Source of the DNA: Candidatus Ventrenecus stercoripullorum
GTDB taxonomy: Bacteria > Bacillota_I > Bacilli_A > RF39 > UBA660
Assembly (NCBI GenBank): GCA_018712835.1
Contig: DVGF01000038.1
Span: 1-63,859 of the forward strand
Direction of reading: 5' to 3'
Length of the DNA: 63,859 bases
In this document: positions 55,183 to 63,859 of the stretch, in pieces
Layout of the letters: each line of letters begins with the position of its first letter
Numbering within the stretch: the stretch's first letter is position 1
Program-made: the position numbers and the translations under genes
Notes under the pieces: model-generated
Told to the model about the DNA's origin: nothing
Database searches by the model: none
The model's input: the letters and a program-made list of their open reading frames with translations, nothing else

Positions 55183-55893
55183 TTACTTACAATAATTGAT
55201 TAATTCTTCAATCGTCGGATTACTATTTTGTTGAATAGTCCAATATTCATTATCTTCATCAAAATGACATCGATAGACATCATAGAATAGAGTATCATAA
55301 TAAATAACGTCTCCCGTAGTAGTAGTTGTTAACCGAAACCTTGGTGCTTCCTTATTATTCTTAACATTGACATAGTCAGCAAATAATAAAATGGATAAAG
55401 TAACAAATACAGTTACAATTAAAATAATAGATTGCTTTAATAATCCTAAATGTTTAAAATTCAACCCAATTCCAATAATAAAAAGAGTAACCCCTATAGT
55501 GGAATAAATAGAACCCCAACTACTTTCAGAAGGAAAAATAGTAATAGCCGTGATAACAATAAATAATCCAAAGATAATAAGTAATAAATATACAAACCTA
55601 GAATACTTAGCAATTTTCTTATTAGAATAATTGATTGTATCTAATATATTTTCTTCAAATTTTTCCTGATAATTTTCTTTACTTAATTTCTCGCCACTTA
55701 ATAATTCATTAATTGTAATTCCAAGTATATTACATAAAGGCTTAAATAAAGATAAGTCAGGCATATTTTTCCCATTTTCCCAATTAGAAACAGCTCGGTC
55801 TGTTACCCCTAATTGTTCAGCTAACTCTTGCTGGGTCATATTTTTATCTTTTCGACATGTAGCAATAAACCTTCCTATTTTTTCTTGACTCAT
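55183..55893 (-). CDS. XRE-family HTH regulator with TM helices
   Basis: IGRFIATCRKDKNMTQQELAEQLGVTDRAVSNWENGKNMP followed by three TM helices. The start is the ATG after AAAGGAGA. Confidence 0.8.
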   Translation of the reverse strand: MSQEKIGRFIATCRKDKNMTQQELAEQLGVTDRAVSNWENGKNMPDLSLFKPLCNILGITINELLSGEKLSKENYQEKFEENILDTINYSNKKIAKYSRFVYLLLIIFGLFIVITAITIFPSESSWGSIYSTIGVTLFIIGIGLNFKHLGLLKQSIILIVTVFVTLSILLFADYVNVKNNKEAPRFRLTTTTTGDVIYYDTLFYDVYRCHFDEDNEYWTIQQNSNPTIEELINYCK

Positions 55894-55998
55894 AATTTTT
55901 TCTCCTTTCACATCTTCATAATACAATGCAAAAGCAAAATTTAACACGAAGTATTACTTGAGTTAGATAACTTGCAATCTGCTAGCCTAATCTCTATT

Positions 55999-56532
55999 TT
56001 ATAAAGATATCTCATGAATTATGTCGTCTAAACTAGAAAAATCAATAAAATTGACTTTCTTATTATAAGTTTCTATCATTGCTTTATTCTCAGACGTTTG
56101 CTTTTCTTCTGGCAAATTCTTAATAGAATTATAAAGCAACCCCAACATAGTTTTATGACCAAAATTTAATTTAGAATAATCAATTCCACCTCTTAAATGA
56201 AATATCTTTGCTTTTTCAAACACTTCTTTTTTTAACTGTCTTTTGATATTATTTCTTATGTTATTTTTATTAACTTCATCTGTCGGGTCAGCAAGACCAA
56301 CCGTTACTAAAATAATTTTTTTATGGGATACATCATTTAAATTTTTTAGAGTTTTAGCCATTCCTAAAACACCACCGGCATACAATCCTCCTAAATAAAT
56401 AATTGTTTCATACTGATTAATATATTTAATAGTTTTAAAAGAACTCACTTCAATATTCGTTCTTCTAGAAAGTTCTTCAGCATATTGCTTTGTTGTTCCA
56501 TAATGAGAACCATATAAAATAATATTACTCAT
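55999..56532 (-). CDS. Flavodoxin-domain protein (HemG/Flavodoxin_5-like)
   Basis: MSNIILYGSHYGTTKQYAEEL, typical ~175 aa length. Confidence 0.7.
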   Translation of the reverse strand: MSNIILYGSHYGTTKQYAEELSRRTNIEVSSFKTIKYINQYETIIYLGGLYAGGVLGMAKTLKNLNDVSHKKIILVTVGLADPTDEVNKNNIRNNIKRQLKKEVFEKAKIFHLRGGIDYSKLNFGHKTMLGLLYNSIKNLPEEKQTSENKAMIETYNKKVNFIDFSSLDDIIHEISL

Positions 56533-56544
56533 AAACCCTCCAGT

Positions 56545-56706
56545 TTATCTTTGCTTTTTAAACACAAGAATAGCCTTGGCAGTTCCTGTAATTGACATAG
56601 TAATAAGTTCATATCCATCTTGTAACATTTCATTTGCTTTTTCTTCAATCTTTTTTGCCATATCATCTGCTTTTGGCGAATATTCAATAACAATAGTTTT
56701 ATACAT
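56545..56706 (-). CDS. Small hypothetical protein (53 aa)
   Basis: ATG after AGGAGGT. MYKTIVIEYSPKADDMAKKIEEKANEMLQDGYELITMSITGTAKAILVFKKQR. Too short to appear in the track. Confidence 0.5.
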   Translation of the reverse strand: MYKTIVIEYSPKADDMAKKIEEKANEMLQDGYELITMSITGTAKAILVFKKQR

Positions 56707-56735
56707 TGCTATACCTCCTAACTTTTTTATATAAA

Positions 56736-56936
56736 TTATTTATGGCTATCATTTTTCGAAATAAATAGTACTAATAATATAATTCCGATAAGATTAATTC
56801 CTACAGATAACCCTAATAATAATCCTGTACTAAACTCAGCAAATGGTGTAGTTTCATTACCACAAAAGAAAATATAAGCTAAATACAAAATATTTCCTAA
56901 TATTATCATCAATATTCCAGTTTTACCTTTATTCAT
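56736..56936 (-). CDS. Small two-TM membrane protein
   Basis: The start is the ATG after GGAGG. Hydrophobic. Confidence 0.5.
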   Translation of the reverse strand: MNKGKTGILMIILGNILYLAYIFFCGNETTPFAEFSTGLLLGLSVGINLIGIILLVLFISKNDSHK

Positions 56937-57103
56937 AAATCCTCCATACAACTTATTATTCCTATATGCTTATTATCGCATTTATTTTAGGAATTTCAAC
57001 AAAGCAAGGATAAAAATATTCCTTACTTACACTTATTAAAATAATTATAGCATTTCTATTAAAAAATAGGGATAAATTTTAAAAATCTATCTCTAGTTTA
57101 TTA

Positions 57104-57499
57104 TTACTTATTATCTTTATTTTTAAGTAAATAAATTGCTAAACAACTCATTCCTATTCCTAACATAATTACTGCGTTATTCGTATCCATTTGGTTCAAA
57201 ATAGACGAAACTATGATACAAATGCCCATTGCTAGCCCAACACCAATCAATGAAATATTAACAATATCATCAATTTTATTGGTCTGTTTTTTAACTTGAG
57301 CATTTAATAAATCTTCTACTGATGTCCCTAATATCTCTGCTAATTTTGGAATAGAATTAATATCAGGACACGAAAGATTTCTTTCCCATTTTGATACAGC
57401 TTTGTCAGTTACATTCATTTTTTCTGCTAAATCATTTTGTGTCATTCCTTTTTCTTTTCTTAAAGAGCTAATCATCTCTCCAATACTTTTATTTGACAT
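57104..57499 (-). CDS. XRE-family HTH regulator with C-terminal TM helices
   Basis: ISSLRKEKGMTQNDLAEKMNVTDKAVSKWERNLSCPD. Confidence 0.8.
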   Translation of the reverse strand: MSNKSIGEMISSLRKEKGMTQNDLAEKMNVTDKAVSKWERNLSCPDINSIPKLAEILGTSVEDLLNAQVKKQTNKIDDIVNISLIGVGLAMGICIIVSSILNQMDTNNAVIMLGIGMSCLAIYLLKNKDNK

Positions 57500-57667
57500 C
57501 TAACTTCCTCCTTTGCTAATTCTATTGTAATATTCCTTTTTAATAATCTCAACCGACAGTTAGTTTATTTTAATAAACTTTTAGTTTAGTTCTAGTTTAT
57601 CATACGAAGTACTAGTTATTATTTTTAAATAAAAACTAGACACTGCTGTCTAGTTAATAATCAATCT

Positions 57668-57744
57668 TGGTAGCGAGAGGGGGATTCGAACCCTCGACGC
57701 CGCGGGTATGAACCGCGTGCTCTAGCCAACTGAGCTATCTCGCC
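57668..57744 (-). tRNA. tRNA-Met(CAU), elongator-like (an Ile2 identity through lysidine cannot be excluded)
   Basis: The reverse complement reads GGCGAGA...CGCGG-TTCATAC-CCGCG...TCTCGCT-ACCA. It has a G1-U72 wobble and an A50:C64 mismatch. Confidence 0.88.
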
Positions 57745-57917
57745 ATAAGAACAAGAAAATTATAACAAAATAAAAGGGGAGTTTCAAGTGCTTTTTTCAA
57801 AGAAAAGCAAAATTATAGAGAAATATTAAAAAATTGTAATATAAAATAAATTGAAAAATCCAGAAAATAGTGTATGATATAGTTAAAGAAAGGAAGAAAA
57901 AGGATTTTTGTGATTTT

Positions 57918-58493
57918 ATGAAGTGGAGTAGAAGTAAAATTATTAAAGAAATAATGTTTTATATTTTCTTATTTTTTATATTTTCTTTCTTAGGATATAT
58001 CATCGAAGTCATCGTGGCCTTTATACAATCAGGAAGATTTATTAATCGTGGTACCTTATTTGGACCATGGTTACCGATTTATGGAAAAGGTGGAGTCTTA
58101 ATAGTCCTCGTATGTAAATTCTTTAAAAAGAAACCAAGTTTAGTTTTCTTAGTAAGCTTACTTCTTTGTGGAATACTAGAGTACTTTACTGCCTGCTATT
58201 TAGAACTTGTGAAAAACATGAGTTGGTGGGATTACAGTCATTTGCCACTGAATATCGCCGGGAAAATATGGATACCAAGCTTAATTTTCTTTGGATTATT
58301 AGGATTAGTCGTAATTTATATACTAGAGCCTAAGCTAAGAAACTTATGGCAAAAACTTTCAAAGAAACCACAAATAATCTTTTGCGTCGTATTCATAACC
58401 CTTTATTTAATAGATTATACATATTCTTTCTTCCATCCAAATACAGGCGAGGGGATAACCACCGTAGCAACCAGAGAGATAAAAAGCGAGTAA
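57918..58493 (+). CDS. Polytopic membrane protein (CmpB / putative ABC-transporter type IV family-like)
   Basis: FLGYIIEVIVAFIQSGRFINRGTLFGPWLPIYGKGG. Start uncertain (57870 or 57918). Confidence 0.6.
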   Translation: MKWSRSKIIKEIMFYIFLFFIFSFLGYIIEVIVAFIQSGRFINRGTLFGPWLPIYGKGGVLIVLVCKFFKKKPSLVFLVSLLLCGILEYFTACYLELVKNMSWWDYSHLPLNIAGKIWIPSLIFFGLLGLVVIYILEPKLRNLWQKLSKKPQIIFCVVFITLYLIDYTYSFFHPNTGEGITTVATREIKSE

Positions 58494-58540
58494 TCCAAAA
58501 CTCGCTTTTTGAAAAATTAAAAAAAGCTCTTTCTGAGCTT

Positions 58541-59545
58541 TTAGGCATTGTTACTTCTAGCATTTGCAATTTGATTTGCAATGTAGTTAGAATATTGTTC
58601 TTTAATATCAGTATCAGTAATATCCATACCGTATTCTTTTCTCATTTCATCTAACGCAGTAATTTGAATAGTCGCGTCTTCATTTAATTTTTCTTCAGCA
58701 AGAGCTTCTTCAATATCTGCTAAAGCGTCTTCATAAGAAGGCTTTTCAGAAGAAGACTCACGATAAATAATATGATATCCAAGTTCTGTAGTAATTACAG
58801 AAGTAGAGTATTCGCCATCTTTTAAATTTCTAGCAGCCTCTAATAACTCATCATATTCACTAGATAACGTTCCAGTATTAATAGCTCCTAGGCTACCACC
58901 ATTATCCTTTGTCGCGTCATCTTCAGAATATTGAGCAGCCAAATCCTTAAAAGTAGCAAGCTTATCATCTGCATTATTTAACTCTTCAATAATACTATTT
59001 GCTTTTTCTTTTGCTTCATTTTCTTTCTCTGTCTTTTCTTCATCTGTCATATCATCTGTAACACCAGTTGTAATTAAGATATGGTCTACTGTAACATCTC
59101 CATAAACATTCTTTTCATAGTAAGACTCTTTTTCATCATCACTAAGCAATGATTTCGCATAATCTGTAACAGCTTTATTCCGTAAATTACTTAAATATAA
59201 CGTATCAATATAATTATCTACAGAACCATAATAATAAGTAATTTGTTCTTCTCCATAAGTTTCTTTCATAGAATTAGCAGTATTCTCAGCACTTTCTCTT
59301 GCACTTTCTAAATCATCTGGATATTTCTGTTCTAATATTTTCGTATCAATAAGTGTAATCAAAGAGTCCAATGCATAAGATTCTTTCATCTTTTCATACA
59401 ACTCATTCGCAGAAATTCCTTCCGTTCCTTCATTAAAATTAACTACAGCTTGACTGCCATCACTTAGTGTTGGAACAGTCTTACCACAACCAGTAAGTAG
59501 TAGGGCACAAGCACCTATTGCAATTATTTTTTTTGTTTTATTCAT
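58541..59545 (-). CDS. prsA: Foldase lipoprotein PrsA (parvulin-type PPIase)
   Basis: Lipobox LLTGC. VDHILI...GGSLGAINTGTLSSEYDE...TELGYHIIY. Confidence 0.85.
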   Translation of the reverse strand: MNKTKKIIAIGACALLLTGCGKTVPTLSDGSQAVVNFNEGTEGISANELYEKMKESYALDSLITLIDTKILEQKYPDDLESARESAENTANSMKETYGEEQITYYYGSVDNYIDTLYLSNLRNKAVTDYAKSLLSDDEKESYYEKNVYGDVTVDHILITTGVTDDMTDEEKTEKENEAKEKANSIIEELNNADDKLATFKDLAAQYSEDDATKDNGGSLGAINTGTLSSEYDELLEAARNLKDGEYSTSVITTELGYHIIYRESSSEKPSYEDALADIEEALAEEKLNEDATIQITALDEMRKEYGMDITDTDIKEQYSNYIANQIANARSNNA

Positions 59546-59725
59546 ACACATTCTCCTATCATTTCAACCAAGTTAATTATATCAAACCCCCAAAGGCATT
59601 ACAAGTTTTTTAAGTAAGAAAACGCTTTAGAAAGGCAAAAAAGAGCAGAAAAAACACACCTATGCACAATTCTAGAAATTATCCATAAACTATAAATGAA
59701 AAGACAAATAAAAGGAGGGAGTTTT

Positions 59726-59815
59726 ATGAACTGCTGTCATGAAAATGGACTTGGACCTGCAATCATATTAGTATTATTCATTTTATTAATTTTAATTGTA
59801 GGAGCATTCATTTAG
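59726..59815 (+). CDS. Tiny TM protein, YjcZ-like sporulation peptide (29 aa)
   Basis: RBS AAAGGAGGG. MNCCHENGLGPAIILVLFILLILIVGAFI. Confidence 0.6.
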   Translation: MNCCHENGLGPAIILVLFILLILIVGAFI

Positions 59816-59837
59816 TCTTTAAGTTAGGAGGTGCCTT

Positions 59838-59966
59838 ATGAGTTGTTGCAAAAAGCCAGTAGATTGTGGTAACGAATGTGGTAACAATAGCTTCTTAAAT
59901 GGAGCATTTATTATTCTAGTATTATACATCTTACTTGCAATTATTCTAGGTGGAATTTTATTCTAA
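59838..59966 (+). CDS. Tiny TM protein, YjcZ-like sporulation peptide (42 aa)
   Basis: RBS TAGGAGGTG. MSCCKKPVDCGNECGNNSFLNGAFIILVLYILLAIILGGILF. Confidence 0.6.
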   Translation: MSCCKKPVDCGNECGNNSFLNGAFIILVLYILLAIILGGILF

Positions 59967-60079
59967 TAAAGAGGGGTTAACCTTCTTTTTTTTAAACATA
60001 AATTAAAAGGAAAAAAATGTTGAAAAACTATGATAGTTTAGTATAATGAAATTAAGACAAGAAAGTGAGAAAGATAATT

Positions 60080-60451
60080 ATGAAAGATATATCATTAGCT
60101 GTAAAACACATTAATTGGAGTATAATAGGCCCAAAAGAGTGGACCAATATTGAATGGACCATTTATACTGATTTAAGCGTTGATATAAAACTCTTTTATA
60201 ACGCTAAAGATCAAGATCAAGAAACAAAATGCAAAATAACAGAAGAAATGTATAAGAGATTATTAGATCAAGTAACATTAGCAAAAGAAAATAAAAATAA
60301 AGTAGAAGCATCCGATGGTTCAGCTTGGGAAATAATACAGTATGAAAACGGTCAAGAAATATGGCATAGAAGCCCGGATTATATATATGGAATTTCTTCA
60401 TTTGAAGAAATCGCAAGTATTTTAAACAGTTTATTACCTAACGAAAGATAA
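60080..60451 (+). CDS. Hypothetical protein (123 aa)
   Basis: ORF; ATG preferred over the upstream GTG at 60065. Confidence 0.55.
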   Translation: MKDISLAVKHINWSIIGPKEWTNIEWTIYTDLSVDIKLFYNAKDQDQETKCKITEEMYKRLLDQVTLAKENKNKVEASDGSAWEIIQYENGQEIWHRSPDYIYGISSFEEIASILNSLLPNER

Positions 60452-60674
60452 AATAAAAGTACATGGAATAAATAAAATTGAAAAAAGTACTACAGCCAAA
60501 AAAAGTTCAACAAGCATAAGAAAGTTTTATTTTTCACCAGATATCTAATGTTAGAAAATATAGATACAATGAGAAATATGCTTTATTATAGCGTATATGC
60601 TACTGAACTTTTTTTCATTGTATCAAACTAAAAAATAGGGTATAATAAAAAAGTAGAATAAAGAGGTGTTTACC

Positions 60675-62465
60675 ATGTTTGGAAAAGTAATAAATATACG
60701 AGATAACAAAGTAATCGTTGAAAATATATCAGGGACAGTTCCCTTACACATTAAAGATATCCATGTAACATTTGAAGAAAACAATCGTAAAATTATCGGA
60801 CGTATTACCGATGTAACAAAAGAAAACTTTGAAATTATGTTAATCGGAGAAATTGTTAATGGAGACTTTATCGCTGGTATTTATCGTCAGCCAGCCCTAG
60901 TAAATCCTCCAAGAGTCGTATCTGGTGAAGAATTAGTAACATTCATTGGAAGTCAAAACATCAAAGACCCTCAAGTCATGTTAATTGGAAACTCAACCCT
61001 TTACGAAAACTTCAAAATAACAGGGGACTTAAATGACTTTTTCTCCAACCATTTTGCCATCATCGGAAACTCTGGAGCTGGTAAATCTTGTGGTGTTGCA
61101 AGAGTATTACAAAATATTTTCTATTACAACGAAAAACCTCCAATCAATGCTCACATTATTTTATTTGATGCTTATGGAGAATACAATCAAGCTTTCCATA
61201 ATTTAGACCAAATTCCAGGCTTACACTTTAAAAACTTTCGTAACGAAAGAGATAGTGTATCCAATGTTATTTCCATCCCGCCATATTTTCTAGATGCAGA
61301 TGACTTAGCAATTCTATTAAATGTGGAAGATCCAGGACTTATTCCTATTTTAGAGAAAACATTACAATACGTTCAAATCTTTAAAAGCGATGACCCTGTT
61401 TCTATCGAATACAAAAACGATATTATAGCATCTTGCTTACTAGACGTTCTATCAAGTGGTAAAAACTCATCGCAAATTCGTGACCAAATATTAAGTATTT
61501 TAAATAAATACAATACCCCAGACTTAAATGAGTCGAGTGAAATTAGAGAACCGGGATACGTGAGAACCATAAGACAATGCTTAAACATCGATAACCAAGG
61601 AAAAATTAATGCAATTTCTCAAGTAATTGATTTCTTAAGTAAATTTAAAAAGAAAAACTTACAAGAATTTGCTATGATACCAAACTTAGTATATACCTTA
61701 GAAGACCTCTATGACGCTTTAGAATTTGCCTTACTAAGTGAAGGAGTCTTTAATAGTGAAACTGCCTATGACAAAGCAAATTCCTTAAAAATCCATTTAC
61801 ATCATATTATCAATAGCCCAAATAAAATGTTTTTCGAATACGATGGAGCAATAAGCAAAAAAGATTATATTGAAGGACTATTTAAAATGCCAAATGGCGA
61901 AAATGCTCAAATAGTCAACGTAACCCTTGATAGTTTAGAGGATAGATTTGCAAAAATCTTAACAAAACTATATTCAAAATTATTCTTTAACTATGCAACT
62001 GGACTACAAGATAGAGGGTCTTTTCCAATTAACATTATCCTAGAAGAAGCCCATCGTTACGTAAATAACGACCGTGATATTGATGTCCTTGGATACAACA
62101 TCTTTGACCGGATTACAAAAGAGGGTAGAAAATATGGTATCATTTTAGGTTTAATTACCCAAAGACCAAGCGAATTATCAAGAACAGCCTTATCTCAATG
62201 TTCAAACTTCTTGATTTTCCGTATCTTCCACCCAGAAGATTATACAATGATTGAATCTATTGTTTCATCCAGTGCAAGAGAAGAACTAAATCAATTAAAA
62301 GGTCTTCGTAAAGGAATTGCCCTAGTATTCGGAACAGCTTTCCGTATTCCAATACTTGCCCAGTTAGAAATGCCAAATCCATCTCCATTAAGTAGTAATG
62401 TTATGATTACTCAAAAATGGTTTGAAGCAGAAAAAGAAAAACCAGGAATTATCATACAATCCTGA
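60675..62465 (+). CDS. HerA/FtsK-type (DUF87) hexameric ATPase with N-terminal HAS-barrel-like domain
   Basis: The start is the ATG after AAGAGGTG. Walker A IIGNSGAGKSCG, Walker B ILEEAHRY, KEGRKYGIILGLITQRPSEL. Confidence 0.8.
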   Translation: MFGKVINIRDNKVIVENISGTVPLHIKDIHVTFEENNRKIIGRITDVTKENFEIMLIGEIVNGDFIAGIYRQPALVNPPRVVSGEELVTFIGSQNIKDPQVMLIGNSTLYENFKITGDLNDFFSNHFAIIGNSGAGKSCGVARVLQNIFYYNEKPPINAHIILFDAYGEYNQAFHNLDQIPGLHFKNFRNERDSVSNVISIPPYFLDADDLAILLNVEDPGLIPILEKTLQYVQIFKSDDPVSIEYKNDIIASCLLDVLSSGKNSSQIRDQILSILNKYNTPDLNESSEIREPGYVRTIRQCLNIDNQGKINAISQVIDFLSKFKKKNLQEFAMIPNLVYTLEDLYDALEFALLSEGVFNSETAYDKANSLKIHLHHIINSPNKMFFEYDGAISKKDYIEGLFKMPNGENAQIVNVTLDSLEDRFAKILTKLYSKLFFNYATGLQDRGSFPINIILEEAHRYVNNDRDIDVLGYNIFDRITKEGRKYGIILGLITQRPSELSRTALSQCSNFLIFRIFHPEDYTMIESIVSSSAREELNQLKGLRKGIALVFGTAFRIPILAQLEMPNPSPLSSNVMITQKWFEAEKEKPGIIIQS

Positions 62466-62491
62466 TTTTTTTTCGTTTAAATAAATTGAAA

Positions 62492-63595
62492 TTAATATTC
62501 ATAAAAGGTAAATGGATCACTAGAAGTACCAATACCATCTTGATAAATTGCTTCACTTGGAATAGCAATAACAATTCTTAAATCTTTTCGACTACTTGCA
62601 GAGTCTAAAGCAATCGCACCTGTAGAGTTCGATGCATAAACTTGATAAGTATTTTCATTTGTTCCATTCATAAGCCACCATCTATTTTTAGTAGTAGATA
62701 AATAATTATAATTAGAACAATTTCGACTAGTTGCAATTAAACACATTGGGTCTAAAGAAGCATTCATATAATCATAAACACTAAGTAAAGAAATAGGGGT
62801 TTTAAACGTTGAGTAACACTCAATTGCTCCCGTTTTATCTTGGTCTTGTTCACTTCTTGTATGAACACAAGCATCCATCGTATTTAAATAAGCATGATGA
62901 TTTGCAAAATATCCATCATAAAAACCTTGTAAAGTTAAATATACACGACTATTAGCAAAATCATTCTTTCCACGATAATTATTAATAGACTCATTAAACC
63001 GATCATCAAAGACATACATTTCATCACCATTTAAAGTATCTGATAAAATTAAATACATCATTTCATCATTAAACTTTAAAATTCTCCAAGAATAATTTAC
63101 AAAATTCACATAATTATTAACGTATTCTCCTCGGTAAGTATAATAATCATTCATTTCATACAAACCATTTCCATCTGTTACAATCGTTTCACGACTTAAA
63201 ATCGTTTCACTTATTGAATAAGTTTCATAATTCGTACAAACAAGTTCTGGAATATAACGTAACGTATTATTATTAAAAACCACTTTTATATTTCCAGTAC
63301 AACCTTCTTCAGTACTTAATTTACTCAAATCTTTTAAATATTTTCCTTCTACTAAAGTATTTACTTCAATCGTAACAGGACCACTTTCTGCAGTCGGAGT
63401 CATTTCTCTATGTTCACTCAAATATTCTTTTGCAGCCTCGACCATCATACTTTCTACTTGACTAGGACCATATCTTCGAAAAACATTCACTAAGATAATA
63501 ATCACAATAATTAAAATAATAAGACTTAAAAGCCCAATTCCTCCATACAAAAACGCTTTTTTATTTTCTAAAAATATATTCTTTAATTTTTCCAT
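62492..63595 (-). CDS. Membrane-anchored extracytoplasmic protein, function unknown
   Basis: N-terminal TM helix (LYGGIGLLSLIILIIVIIILV), several Cys residues, a WRILKFNDEMMYLILSD motif. Confidence 0.6.
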   Translation of the reverse strand: MEKLKNIFLENKKAFLYGGIGLLSLIILIIVIIILVNVFRRYGPSQVESMMVEAAKEYLSEHREMTPTAESGPVTIEVNTLVEGKYLKDLSKLSTEEGCTGNIKVVFNNNTLRYIPELVCTNYETYSISETILSRETIVTDGNGLYEMNDYYTYRGEYVNNYVNFVNYSWRILKFNDEMMYLILSDTLNGDEMYVFDDRFNESINNYRGKNDFANSRVYLTLQGFYDGYFANHHAYLNTMDACVHTRSEQDQDKTGAIECYSTFKTPISLLSVYDYMNASLDPMCLIATSRNCSNYNYLSTTKNRWWLMNGTNENTYQVYASNSTGAIALDSASSRKDLRIVIAIPSEAIYQDGIGTSSDPFTFYEY

Positions 63596-63810
63596 GTGTC
63601 TAATCTCCTTATAAAAAAATTATACAAGGTATCGAAAAAAAAAGCAATGAAATGCTGAATGATTATAAAAAATCTATGAAAGAATAGGGGACTTTCTATA
63701 ATAAAAGTCAAAAAAAATCTATCAAATAATGAAATGCACCCCTTAGGGTAGACATACAAAAAAAGTCTAATTTATGATAGAATACACCTCCGAAAGGAGG
63801 TGTATTTCTT

Positions 63811-63859
63811 ATGGCTGAAAAAGTAAATAAAACATATAGATATTCATATGAAGAAAAAA
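63811..63859 (+). CDS. 5' end of an unidentified CDS running out of the window
   Basis: ATG 9 nt after AAAGGAGGTG. Only 16 codons are visible. Confidence 0.3.
   Translation, partial: MAEKVNKTYRYSYEEK

Noticed and set aside
57668-57744. tRNA-Met as a possible pseudo-tRNA because of the G1-U72 wobble and A50:C64 mismatch
   Set aside because: All other stems, the T-loop, the anticodon loop and the CCA end are canonical. Single mismatches are common in functional tRNAs.
60498-60616. Imperfect inverted repeat (AAAAAAAGTTCAACAAGCATA ... TATGCTACTGAACTTTTTTT) enclosing about 75 nt
   Set aside because: It occurs only once in the window and has an internal mismatch. It could simply be a long terminator or attenuator between the 123-aa ORF and the HerA gene. 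There is not enough evidence for a MITE or riboswitch.

Overview
About 64 kb of chromosome from a very AT-rich, spore-forming member of the Bacillota. Sporulation markers present are cotJ, cotE, spoIVA, a spoVIF-like gene and tiny yjcZ-like genes. Housekeeping genes include rpsP, der, hup, cdsA, rseP, trpS and xfp. Most of the window is ordinary core genome, with 11 tRNA genes in five places. Six things stand out. (1) A tRNA-Thr(UGU) gene is split in its anticodon loop by a ~630-nt group I intron that carries an HNH homing-endonuclease ORF. (2) Directly after that tRNA operon lies a ~0.65-kb ORF-free transcription unit with its own promoter and terminator. It has an 18-bp terminal closing helix and many nested hairpins, so it looks like a large ornate ncRNA (ROOL-like by size and context, unverified). 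(3) An ~8.5-kb accessory segment sits downstream of tRNA-Arg/tRNA-Leu (about 37.0-45.5 kb). It is bounded by two homologous, apparently undescribed type I toxin-antitoxin modules. Each encodes a 30-aa hydrophobic peptide on the minus strand and a convergent small RNA on the plus strand, with compensatory 5'/3' pairing between the copies. A four-copy terminator/promoter repeat divides the segment, and two of those copies are 99-bp perfect direct repeats. The segment carries an ATP-grasp gene, a gene encoding a P-loop NTPase fused to a zincin-like domain plus its partner, and a trpS controlled by a Trp T-box followed by a 12-codon leader ORF with tandem Trp codons. (4) A Panacea (DUF4065) antitoxin-like gene overlaps an unknown 180-aa partner. 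(5) A racemase / ATP-grasp / AsnB operon resembles peptidoglycan cross-bridge D-amino-acid ligation and amidation. (6) There is an orphan HerA-type ATPase. All family assignments come from motif recognition by eye and no database search was run. Several ORF-track starts were moved to downstream starts that have a Shine-Dalgarno sequence.
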